A stretch of 64,000 bases of DNA from Oscillospiraceae bacterium (GTDB lineage: Bacteria; Bacillota; Clostridia; Oscillospirales; CAG-272). Below, piece after piece: positions 9,471-20,800 of this stretch (positions are counted from its first letter, which is position 1; every line of letters begins with the position of its first letter). The notes below the pieces were generated by a model. That model was not told the origin of the DNA. It searched no databases and saw only the letters and a program-made list of their open reading frames with translations. The translations under genes were made by a program, and so were the position numbers. Location: the NCBI GenBank assembly GCA_015065215.1, contig SVQT01000003.1, positions 28,249-92,248 of the forward strand. Direction: 5' to 3'.

Positions 9471-10871
9471 GTGTCTGATAAAAAACTTGATACCGTGCGT
9501 GAACCGGAAGGTGCCAAAGCGCATGCCGAAAATCCGGCCATAGAGCTTTCGCCGAGGTCGGTTGATTACAATTCCAAAGACCATAGGCGCTCACGCAAGG
9601 CTTATCTGATCGAATGCGCGTTTGAGTATTTTGTGGCGCTTTTGGTCAGTGACGCGTTCCTTGTCAAGCTGTTACAGGATATTGGCATGGATGATGCTAC
9701 CGTGGGCATCATGGCGTCGCTGATCTCACTTGCCTTTGTGTTTCAGCTTTTTTCGATCTTTGTGGTACAGCATATCAGCAATACCAAGGTGTTCGCCATC
9801 ATTTTCCATTTTGCCAGTCAGATCTTTTTTATGGCGTTGTATTTCGTCCCCTTCTTGCCCGCGGTTGAAGGGAGCAACTACCGACATGTTTTGGCAGTTG
9901 CCTGTATCATGATCGCCTATTTTGGCAATTACCTTGTCACGTCGGTGATCTACAAATGGGGCAACTCCTTTGTAGAGCCGCATCACCGCGGCCGCTACTG
10001 TGCAACCAAGGAAATGATTTCGCTGATCTCGGGCATGGCGGTCACGCTGATCATCGGTTATGTCATGGATCACTTTGAGGCGGCAAATAATCTGCACGGC
10101 GGCTTTATCTTTGCCGCTTGCGGCATCTTTGTTTTCAGCATTTGCGACCTTGTCTGCCTGCTTTTGATCAAGAATGACAAGAAGCCCAAGGAGAAGATCA
10201 AAAAAGAGATCGTCCCTATGCGCGAGGTGATGCGTAACACCCTTGGCAACAAAAATTTTCTGTCCGTTCTGCTTCTTGCCGTACTTTGGGAGGTAGCAAA
10301 GGGCGTTTCCATCGGCTTTCTCGGCACGTATCGCCTCAACGCTCATGAGCTTGCTTTGACGGTGGGGGCGGTGCAGATTATCAACATGGTGGGTAATCTG
10401 GTGCGCTTCGGTCTTTCCAGACCCTTTGGCAAATTCTCGGATAAATACTCCTATTCCAAGGGCATTGAGTTGGCTCTTGTGATGGCAACGGCCTCCTTTG
10501 TGGTTTATGCCTTTACGGCTCCCGGCAATCGGGTGTTCGTGTGGACGATGGTCATTCTGTTCTCGGTACTGTACCACGGCTGCCAGGCGGGCGTGGGACA
10601 GAATATGCACAGCATTCTTTACAACTACGTGGACAGCCGCTACTTCGTGCAGGCCTCTGCCATCAAGAGCAGCGTGGGCGGTCTTTGCAACTTCGGCTCC
10701 GCGCTACTGGCAAGCCGCTTCTTGCAGTACGTGCAGAGTAACGGTAACTCCCTGTTCGGTATGCACATTTACGGTCAGCAGGTGCTGGCGGTTTTCTCAA
10801 TCGTTCTGACGCTGGCCGCCCTTGCCGTGGCGCACTTCGTGGTGTCTAAGCAGAAGAGAATGGTGCAGTAA
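9471..10871 (+). CDS. MFS-type transporter
   Basis: About 12 hydrophobic segments in two halves. FGKFSDKYS resembles MFS motif A. GTG start after GGGGGA. Confidence 0.8.
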   Translation: MSDKKLDTVREPEGAKAHAENPAIELSPRSVDYNSKDHRRSRKAYLIECAFEYFVALLVSDAFLVKLLQDIGMDDATVGIMASLISLAFVFQLFSIFVVQHISNTKVFAIIFHFASQIFFMALYFVPFLPAVEGSNYRHVLAVACIMIAYFGNYLVTSVIYKWGNSFVEPHHRGRYCATKEMISLISGMAVTLIIGYVMDHFEAANNLHGGFIFAACGIFVFSICDLVCLLLIKNDKKPKEKIKKEIVPMREVMRNTLGNKNFLSVLLLAVLWEVAKGVSIGFLGTYRLNAHELALTVGAVQIINMVGNLVRFGLSRPFGKFSDKYSYSKGIELALVMATASFVVYAFTAPGNRVFVWTMVILFSVLYHGCQAGVGQNMHSILYNYVDSRYFVQASAIKSSVGGLCNFGSALLASRFLQYVQSNGNSLFGMHIYGQQVLAVFSIVLTLAALAVAHFVVSKQKRMVQ

Positions 10872-10919
10872 CGCTCACCCATTTTGCCGCAAAGCGGCGT
10901 GAAACACAGGAGGTCTGCT

Positions 10920-12200
10920 ATGAAAAAGAAGATGCTGGCGCGGCACCCCTTGGGCAATCCGCGCAGAAGATGGAAGCAGGAGCAATTCATTCTCTCCCTT
11001 GTCAATCCCGGCCCTATGGGATTGGACAAGGAGGGCCCCTTCCATTGCGCCAAGGCGCACCGTGCGGTGAAGGTCGCCGTGGACGCGGGCTTTGACCTGA
11101 TGGAGATGTGTTGGACAAGCTACGACGTTGGCATGGAGATCCTGCGCACCGCCGAGGAGCTTGGCACCAAGGTGCTGTATCAGGACCTGAAGCGATTTGG
11201 CGGTATGGGGTTCAAGAAAACGCCGCTGAACGAGCATAACGACCTGCTCGGTGCCATGCGTGATACGGCACAGTACGGCTGCATTATGGGCTATTATATG
11301 TACGACGAGCCCTGCACGCCCGAGCAGAGAGCGACCGTGCGCAAAATGATCGAGGATGCCGAGCGGGAGCGCCCCGAGCTGCTGCCCTTTACGGTGACCA
11401 CCGCATCGCAAAGCAATGAGTTGGCCGAGGAGGTGGATCCCGCACAGCTTTCCTTTGACCAGTACCCCTTTGGCGGCTGGGTGGGGGATGGTATGACCCC
11501 CGAGACGCAGATGGACGGCTGCAGCAAGTACTGGACAAATATGGAGGTGGCACGGCTGGCTGCCGACAGGATCGGCGCGCCCTATTGGTTCGTCTATCAG
11601 GGACACGTGCTGCCTTACAACCCCTGCTTTGACGGATACACCTTTGCCGCCTCCCGCATGATGGCCAATACCGCGCTGCTTTACGGCGTAAAGGAGCTTT
11701 CCTGCTACATCGAGTGCAACGGCGTGCTGGATCCCGAAACGGGTGACAGGGGGCTTTATTTTGAGGAGCAAAGAGACCTGAACCGCCGCATTACCGCTCT
11801 CGGTAACACGCTGATGGCGCTGCATTGCGACCGTGTGATCCACGGCGGCAATATCACCCCCTACAAGGAGAGGGCGACCTTTGCCACCATGGAGGAAAGT
11901 GAGCTGCTGGTCGGCAATTTGCCTGATCGTATCTCGATCTCCGAGATGTCGGATGATTACGGCAACCGCTATCTGATGGTGGCGAACCGTGATTACAGAG
12001 AGGTCACCTCCTACTTTTTGAAGATGAAGCAGGACAGCCGCGTCTATCGCGTCAGCGATGAGGACGGCGAGCAGCGATTGGTCTTTGACGATCCCGACAA
12101 TAAGATCGTCGGCAGCCTGCTCCCCGGTCACATGGCGCTCTACCGCCTGCAGCCAAAGAGCGAGGAGCCCTTTGAGATCGGGTATTATCTGGAAAAATAA
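10920..12200 (+). CDS. Hypothetical glycoside-hydrolase-like (TIM-barrel) protein
   Basis: AGGAGG RBS. GYYMYDEP and SFDQYP motifs resemble clan GH-A-like barrels. Beta-rich C-terminal domain. Confidence 0.55.
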   Translation: MKKKMLARHPLGNPRRRWKQEQFILSLVNPGPMGLDKEGPFHCAKAHRAVKVAVDAGFDLMEMCWTSYDVGMEILRTAEELGTKVLYQDLKRFGGMGFKKTPLNEHNDLLGAMRDTAQYGCIMGYYMYDEPCTPEQRATVRKMIEDAERERPELLPFTVTTASQSNELAEEVDPAQLSFDQYPFGGWVGDGMTPETQMDGCSKYWTNMEVARLAADRIGAPYWFVYQGHVLPYNPCFDGYTFAASRMMANTALLYGVKELSCYIECNGVLDPETGDRGLYFEEQRDLNRRITALGNTLMALHCDRVIHGGNITPYKERATFATMEESELLVGNLPDRISISEMSDDYGNRYLMVANRDYREVTSYFLKMKQDSRVYRVSDEDGEQRLVFDDPDNKIVGSLLPGHMALYRLQPKSEEPFEIGYYLEK

Positions 12201-12236
12201 CAAAAAAGGCGCTACCGATGGGGTAGCGCCTTTTTG
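12201..12236. terminator. Intrinsic terminator
   Basis: CAAAAAAGGCGCTACC...GGTAGCGCCTTTTTG. Confidence 0.75.
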
Positions 12237-12270
12237 ACTGTAGCCGCTTTGGTGCGCATAGCTCCGATCC

Positions 12271-12391
12271 CGCTTTTCTCTTTGCTTGTGTGAGGCACAA
12301 AGAGAAAAGCTATCAAAAGAGAAATGCCGTATAGGGGGCGCCGCCCCAAGCCCCGCAAGCTTTTGAAAAGGCTTGACCAAAACTTTTGGGG
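12271..12391. repeat. REP/MITE-like structured intergenic element
   Basis: Hairpin GCTTTTCTCTTTG...CAAAGAGAAAAGC followed by GGGGCGCCGCCCCAAGCCCCGCAAGCTTTTGAAAAGGCTTGACCAAAACTTTT. Only one copy is in the window, so its repeat status is inferred. Confidence 0.45.
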
Positions 12392-12439
12392 CATTTAGGG
12401 CGCTTGAGCAAAGATTTGGGGCGGAGATGAGAGGGGCGG

Positions 12440-14545
<2,106 letters not shown>

Positions 14546-16129
14546 TCAGCTGCGCTTCCAGGTGTAACTGTCGTAGGTGTCGGTAAGATAGGTGGCGTTG
14601 TCGGTGGGATTGCTTAAAACAGGCAATGAATCAGTCCTGCCCACAACAGAGATTCTTTCCCATCCGTTCTGCACGGCAAAGGAAACGGAATTCAGTGCAT
14701 CGCAACCGAAAAAGGCTAAATCCCCGATTTCTGTGACCTCGGCAGGAATGGTGATCTCGTTCAGGGCAGAGCAGCTGCCGAACGCACTGCTGCCGATGGT
14801 CAGCAGCCCCGCGGGCAAATGAATGTTGGTCAGCTTTTCACAGCCGTAAAACGCATAGTCGGGCAGATGTATGGTATTGGTTAACGTAACGGTGCGCAGA
14901 TTGTCCATTTGCAGAAAAGCGGGATGCTCCGCCAGAATATCGGTTAGCTCGCCGTCTGAATCGGTGGGCGAGGTGCCGACGAAGGGGATGCTCAAGCTTT
15001 GCAATGCGGTGCAGCCTTCCAGTACGCCGCGCTCGATAGACGTAACGTATTTGGGAATGGTGACGTGGGTCAGATCTCGATTAGAGCCAAAGGCGAATGT
15101 TTTGATCGTGCGCAGAGAGTTGGGGAGAGCGAGGGACTGCAAGTCACAGCCTGCAAAGGCCGCTCCACCAATGGTGACAAGTCCCTCGGAGAAGGATACC
15201 GATTGCAGGCTTGTGCAACCGATAAAGGCATTGGTGCCAATCTCGGTGATGCCTGCGGGAATGGTGATAGCAGAGAGATTCTTTCTGTAGCTGAAGGCGT
15301 AGTCGCCGATTTTTGTGACACCATTTGTGGGAATCTGATTGCCAACGCCCAGTACCAGTACCTGCGTGCGTTTGTCGATCAGCATCCCGTTTTGCAGCAC
15401 GTAGTTTTCTCCTTCGGCTGACATGGTCAGTGTGGTCAGCTCCGTCAAAACCCCAAACGCCCCCTCGCCGATGGTTTCTATCGTGGAGGGCAGGTGCAGC
15501 GATTTCAACGTGGAGCAATTATAAAAGGCCCATTCTTCAATGGTGGTCAATCCCTCCGGCAGTGTGATAGAGGTGAAAAGATCGCTGTTTTTGAAAGCGT
15601 CTGCTTTGATAGTCGTCACGGGCAGCCCTTTGTAGGTGCTTTCCACAACGATATTCGCACGTGCCTCACCAATGCCGGAGACCGCATAGGACTGACCGTC
15701 GGCATTCAAAAAGAACTCCAGGCCGCTGGCGGCATCACCCTCTGTTGAGCCGCTTGTGTCGGGATTGTTTATTCCGCAAACGGTACAGTTGTTGCTTTCA
15801 AACACGTGGGCAGCGGGCGTGTCAGCTGCCACTGTACAGGAGCAGGTGTAAGAGCGCCAGTGACTTGCGGTATTGCTTTCCCACGTGAAAGGATGAGGCA
15901 GGGGAGAGACGGTCAGACTGAAAATATCGGTGATCTCGGCAGTGCCCTGGGCATCCGAGAAATACTTTTCACAATCGCTACATTCCCAATAGGCCGCATG
16001 GCCTGCCTCGGCGCAGGTGGCGGCTTTGGCTTCGTGACTGGACAGCGTATGCGTGTGCTCCTTGTCACATGACCACAGCAGAGAAGCAAGAGAAAGCAGA
16101 AGAATAGCAAAGAAAAAATGTTTTTTCAT
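14546..16129 (-). CDS. BspA-like leucine-rich-repeat surface lipoprotein
   Basis: Lipobox LLWSC, a His/Cys-rich segment (AATCAEAGHAAYWECSDC), and multiple TpLRR repeats (IPxxxTxIGxxAFxGCxxL). Confidence 0.88.
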   Translation of the reverse strand: MKKHFFFAILLLSLASLLWSCDKEHTHTLSSHEAKAATCAEAGHAAYWECSDCEKYFSDAQGTAEITDIFSLTVSPLPHPFTWESNTASHWRSYTCSCTVAADTPAAHVFESNNCTVCGINNPDTSGSTEGDAASGLEFFLNADGQSYAVSGIGEARANIVVESTYKGLPVTTIKADAFKNSDLFTSITLPEGLTTIEEWAFYNCSTLKSLHLPSTIETIGEGAFGVLTELTTLTMSAEGENYVLQNGMLIDKRTQVLVLGVGNQIPTNGVTKIGDYAFSYRKNLSAITIPAGITEIGTNAFIGCTSLQSVSFSEGLVTIGGAAFAGCDLQSLALPNSLRTIKTFAFGSNRDLTHVTIPKYVTSIERGVLEGCTALQSLSIPFVGTSPTDSDGELTDILAEHPAFLQMDNLRTVTLTNTIHLPDYAFYGCEKLTNIHLPAGLLTIGSSAFGSCSALNEITIPAEVTEIGDLAFFGCDALNSVSFAVQNGWERISVVGRTDSLPVLSNPTDNATYLTDTYDSYTWKRS

Positions 16130-16275
16130 GATGTCCTCCTTCTTAATGCTTAATGTGGTACTTTTTAGTATATCATTCATAGTGAGAAAAGTCAAGAAAA
16201 TGTGAATTTTTTTATTTCTCTATACAAATTTGCTGGAATATGATAAAATGGAAAAAGAAAATCACGGAGGCGCAT

Positions 16276-16782
16276 ATGAAAATATTGATTGCGTACGCAA
16301 CCAAAAGCGGCACTGCAAAAGAGGCGGCAGAGCTGCTGGCTGCCGACCTGCAAAATCATACGGTTACAGTGGCCGATCTTGGAAAAAACGACCCCGTTGC
16401 GGGGGATTTTGACTATATTGTGCTTGGCGGACCGATTCGTGCCGGTAGGGCGCACAAGGCACTGCGCCAATATATCAAAAAACAGGAGAAAGCGCTTTGC
16501 GCGGTGCCGCACACGCTTTTTCTGTGCTGTGCCTATGCTGACCTTTTGATGGATTATATGGAAATGACGTTTCCGGCGGCGGTGCGTGAGAGCGCCGATG
16601 ACATGCTTTATTTTGGCGGTGTGCTGGATGTTTCAAAGCAAAAGGGCTTTGAGAAATGGATTGCCCGTATGATGCGCAATTCGATCATAGAAGACGAGGA
16701 CGGTGAGCAGGTCTTGCCCTGCCTGATGCCTGAGCATATCCGTGTTTTGGCAGACAAACTGCGGCTGAAAAAAGAGAATTGA
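16276..16782 (+). CDS. Flavodoxin-domain protein (HemG/Flavodoxin_5-like)
   Basis: MKILIAYATKSGTAKEAAE FMN-binding loop, VLGGPIRAG and YFGGVLD motifs. Confidence 0.85.
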   Translation: MKILIAYATKSGTAKEAAELLAADLQNHTVTVADLGKNDPVAGDFDYIVLGGPIRAGRAHKALRQYIKKQEKALCAVPHTLFLCCAYADLLMDYMEMTFPAAVRESADDMLYFGGVLDVSKQKGFEKWIARMMRNSIIEDEDGEQVLPCLMPEHIRVLADKLRLKKEN

Positions 16783-16802
16783 GAAAACTTTTTAAAAGGG
16801 TG

Positions 16803-16831
16803 TTGACAAATCACTGTGCTTGTGGTATGAT
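16803..16831 (+). promoter_or_regulatory. Sigma-A promoter of tRNA-Lys
   Basis: TTGACA-N17-TATGAT with extended -10 TGn. Confidence 0.85.
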
Positions 16832-16851
16832 ATACAGGTGCCCAAAAGCAT

Positions 16852-16927
16852 GCCCCTGTAGCTCAGACGGTAGAGCACTTGACTTTTAATCAAGGTGTCC
16901 GGAGTTCGAGTCTCCGCAGGAGCACCA
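16852..16927 (+). tRNA. tRNA-Lys (anticodon UUU)
   Basis: 76-nt cloverleaf: D arm GCTC..GAGC, anticodon arm CTTGA-CTTTTAA-TCAAG, T arm CGGAG-TTCGAGT-CTCCG, encoded CCA. Acceptor stem has a C3:A70 mismatch. Confidence 0.97.
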
Positions 16928-16981
16928 AGAAAAAGCCCCCCACACGTATCGTGTGGGGGGCTTTTTCTTGGTGCTCCTGCG
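16915..16981. repeat. Perfect 32-bp inverted repeat overlapping the tRNA 3' end (also terminator-like)
   Basis: CGCAGGAGCACCAAGAAAAAGCCCCCCACACG-tat-CGTGTGGGGGGCTTTTTCTTGGTGCTCCTGCG, checked base by base. Confidence 0.95.
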
Positions 16982-17084
16982 TAAATTTTATATTTTTTGA
17001 GATTGCGGTTGCAATTCTTTTGTGACAATGTTATAATAAAACATATTGCAGTTACGCATGCGCGCGTGCGAAAAAGGAGAATGT

Positions 17085-17867
17085 ATGACAAGTTGGCCGC
17101 TTTGGGGCACCATCGTTAATACAGTAGCGGTGCTTTTTGGTGCTTTGCTTGGTCTTGCGATCAAGGTTGTGATTGAAAAAGCCGCTAAAAAGAAGAAGGC
17201 AGTGGGGGAGGACACGCTTCCCATGCCGCAGGAGAGCAAGCCTTCTCGCTTTGCGGAGCTGCCGAATGTCATGCAAAAGGGCCTTGGACTTTGCGTGCTT
17301 TTAATCGGTATACAAGGCGCTGTTGGCGAGAGCGAGATTTTGATTGTGATCCTGTCGATGGTATTGGGGATTATTGTGGGTCAGCTACTGGATCTGGATG
17401 GCCTGCTCAACCGCTTCGGCGACTTTATTCAGCGTAAAATGAAAGGCAAGGGCGGCAATATCGCCGAGGGCTTTGTGACCGCGACGATGCTGTTTTGTGT
17501 AGGCGCCATGACAGTGAATGGCGCGCTGGAGTGCGGTATACAGTTAAAGCATGATACCTATTATGCCAAATCACTGATTGATATGGTGTCGGCAGTGGTG
17601 TTTGCTTCCTCTCTTGGTGTGGGTGTCTCTTTTTCCGCTGTTGGCGTTTTTGTGGTGCAGGGAACCCTTACGATGCTGGCGGTGTTGCTTGGCAATGTTA
17701 TTCCAACGGCCATCACCTCTGTGATGATTGCGGTCGGCTCGCTGATTGTAATTGCCATTGGCACCAACCTGATGGGGATAACCAAAATTAAGGTAATGAA
17801 TTTTGTGCCGGCGATGTTCTTTCCCCTTGCCCTTTGCCCGTTGTTTGATCTGATCCCTATGCTTTGA
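17085..17867 (+). CDS. DUF554 (YdfK-like) membrane protein
   Basis: GTIVNTVAV, EGFVTATMLFCVGAM, KSLID and IKVMNFVPA motifs. Confidence 0.9.
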   Translation: MTSWPLWGTIVNTVAVLFGALLGLAIKVVIEKAAKKKKAVGEDTLPMPQESKPSRFAELPNVMQKGLGLCVLLIGIQGAVGESEILIVILSMVLGIIVGQLLDLDGLLNRFGDFIQRKMKGKGGNIAEGFVTATMLFCVGAMTVNGALECGIQLKHDTYYAKSLIDMVSAVVFASSLGVGVSFSAVGVFVVQGTLTMLAVLLGNVIPTAITSVMIAVGSLIVIAIGTNLMGITKIKVMNFVPAMFFPLALCPLFDLIPML

Positions 17868-17881
17868 TGAAAGGAGTTCAC

Positions 17882-20800
17882 ATGAGCGCGTTTGAGTTTT
17901 TTCATGCCCCCGCTACCCTTGCTTTTCGTGATCGTGATTTGATTTTGCAGGTGATGTTGCCCGATGAAGAAAGCAGTTTGGTCAATCTTTCGCTTTTGTA
18001 TCGTGTAGAGGAAACAGCACAGGATCGTGAATTGCGTATGCTACCGATAGACGGTATTGTGGTAGAGGATAGTTATTCTGCCTATGCGGTGACGATCCCT
18101 GCTGGGGAGCTACAAAAAGGTCAGGTTCTGACCTATCGGTTTGAGCGAGAGGGAGCCGCAAGCGAAACCTATCACATTCGCTTGCAGGATCCCCCTGTGT
18201 TTCCGCCCTTTATCGTCAGTGAGCTGTTTCCTTGGGGGGGCGGTCCGGTGCAGTGCATGGAGCTGTATAATCCCGGCACCGAGACGGTTGATCTATACGA
18301 TTTTGAGCTGGTGTTCCTGGATAAGGAGGGGCAGATCGCTAAGCGCAATCCCTTGGCGGACGGCGCGGGAATCAACCTGCTGGCACCCGGCGGGATTGGC
18401 GTGCTCAATTTTGTGTCTTCCGGCGTGCGCAAGGAGCTGGAGGCGCGCGCGCAGGAGGAGAACCCCGTTTTTTCCTATCTGGCGGCGCAATACCCAGAAA
18501 GCTGTTCTGATCTGGCAGAGCGCGGTGTTCAGTGGATGCAGGTGGACCTTTCCTATCAAAACGAAAAAGAAGAATGGCACACCAAGGAGGGATGCTTTAG
18601 CATTTACCATTGGCTGGGTGAGCGGGAATACCGTGTGCTGCCCCGTGGCGGCACCTTGTCCGATGCGGTTTACCGCATGTCGGTCAACCCTGACAAAAAC
18701 CATTTGCACGTGCGCAAGTTCCGTTCCTCGCTCTGGACCGTGGATATTGCCGACCCCTCGGTTGCCGTTTGCACCCATTCCCGTGTAATGCCTACCCCCG
18801 GCTTTGCCGATCCGTATCAGTATCTGCCGGCGCCCAACGCTGTTACAGTGCCCGCGATTTTGACATTGGAGCCGGAAGGGAGAGTGCATTTGGCAAGTGG
18901 CGATTGTAAGATAAAGTTTGCCGCTCTCGGTCCAGAGCTGGCTTTGCCTACTGTTTTCGTCAAGGTAGAGGGAGCGTATCGGCCCTATCCTGCCGCACTC
19001 AATAACAACGGCATCTTTGAGGCGGTCATCCCCGCCGATACGCTTGGCCGTATGCCGGGCAAATTGGAATATTACATTCAAGTCAGCGGTGGCCTTTATA
19101 CCGCGACGTACGGTACGGACAAGGCACCCTGCGTACAGCGTGTAACCGACAACGCAGGCCCCGCTATTTTGCGCGCTTACCCGGCTGAGGGACAGTTTTT
19201 GGAAAAGGAGCACACCCCCGAGATTGCGTTGGATTACTATGACGTTTCCGGCGTTAATTTGCGCACCTCTATTCTTTGTGTAGACGGAAAAAATGTCAGC
19301 GCTCTTGCCGATTGGCAGGCAGACGGGGTGCGTTATCGCCCCGAAAAACCGCTTTCCAACGGTGCGCATACCTTTGAGGTTTCTTTGCGTGACACGCTGG
19401 GCAACCGTACCTACCGTAAGATCGCTTTTCACATTTGTGATGGCAGTAAAATGGAGTGCTACCGTGGCGAGGTGCATTGCCACACGCTGGATTCAGATGG
19501 CCTGGGCTCTCCTGCCGACGCGCTGACCTATGCGCGTGACGAGGGCAAGGTGGATTATTTTGCCGTTACCGACCACTCGCACTATCTGACTTTGGATGAA
19601 ATGCGTGCTCAGCGCAAGGTGGCAGACAGCTTTAATGTCAACGGCAAATACGCGACCATGCACGGCTTTGAAATGACCTGGAATTATACAAGCGGCTTTT
19701 GGGGGCACATGAATGTGCTGAACACCGATTGGATTACCCCGTATCATGAGAATATCGACCTATATTCCTTTTATGATATGCTGGTCGCTGATCCGGATGC
19801 CATTGGCATGTTTAACCACCCCTGTGATGCGTGGGGCATTTTTGACGATTTTGACGGTTGGACCCCTGAGCGTGATGAAAAGATGTGTCTGGCCGAGATT
19901 CGGGGCAGCGGCTTTGACCGCGGCTATACCCTGATGCTCTCCAAGGGTTGGCATGCTGCCCCCGTGGCCAACGAGGATAATCACGCCGCCAACTGGACCA
20001 CTGCCACCACCACAACGGGTTACGTGCTTGCCCCCTCACTGACACGGGAAAATGTGATGGAGGCTTTTCGCCGCCGCCGCACCTATACCACCTGCGATAA
20101 TACCATGAAAATCCGTTATCGCGTGAACGGTGAATGGATGGGTAGCCGCTTACAGGCACCCAAAAAGCTGACAGCGGATGTGGAAATTACCACAGAAAAC
20201 GAAAACGGTATTGGGCTTTTGTCTATTGTGACCGAGGATAATATCGTGGTTGCCCGTATCGACGCGGGGCCTTTGCGCGAGTTCAATTGGCACGTAGAGA
20301 TGGATCCCGACTTCGATTATTATTACTTGCGCGTCAATAACGGCAGCTTGTATTCCGTGACTGCGCCTGTCTTTGTGGAGGGCAGGGATCTGCTACAGAT
20401 CAGCCAGCTTTCTTACGGTATTTGCGCCGAGGACGCGGAAACGCCCCACGCAATTGATGTGACCGTGGAAAATAAGAGCGGCAAGACGATGAAGGATGTA
20501 ACAGTGCAGTATTATGTTACCCCCCTTGGCGGCTTTGAGCTACGCCATCTGGCCCCCTTTGCCTCGGTGCATATCGGTAAGCTGGAGGCGGAGGAGAGCC
20601 GCACCGTTTCCCGTTTCTTCCCCACAGTACCCGGCCGCCGGCGTGTGACGGCAGTTGTCAGCGGCTTTTGCGGCAAGGAGCGCTATGCCGATACCGCCTA
20701 CCGCCTGATTACTCCTGTACGCATCAGCAAGCTGGTGCCTCAGACTGCCCCGATCACTGTGGGCGGGGAGGAGATCAAAAATCCCTTCCGCTATGTGGAG

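Noticed and set aside
10875-12380. 501-aa minus-strand ORF
   Set aside because: Shadow of the plus-strand GH-like gene, which has the RBS and the motifs.
16928-17085. Genomic island integrated at tRNA-Lys
   Set aside because: No integrase follows, and the tRNA 3' copy is inverted rather than a direct repeat. I saw no direct repeat elsewhere in the window.
16792-17091. 99-aa minus-strand ORF across the tRNA
   Set aside because: Antisense reading of tRNA-Lys (APAETRTPDTLIKSQVLYRLSY is the typical spurious translation).
18293-19483. 396-aa minus-strand ORF, and similar long antisense ORFs at 23329-24381 and 24775-25767
   Set aside because: They lie opposite well-supported genes and have no protein-like features.
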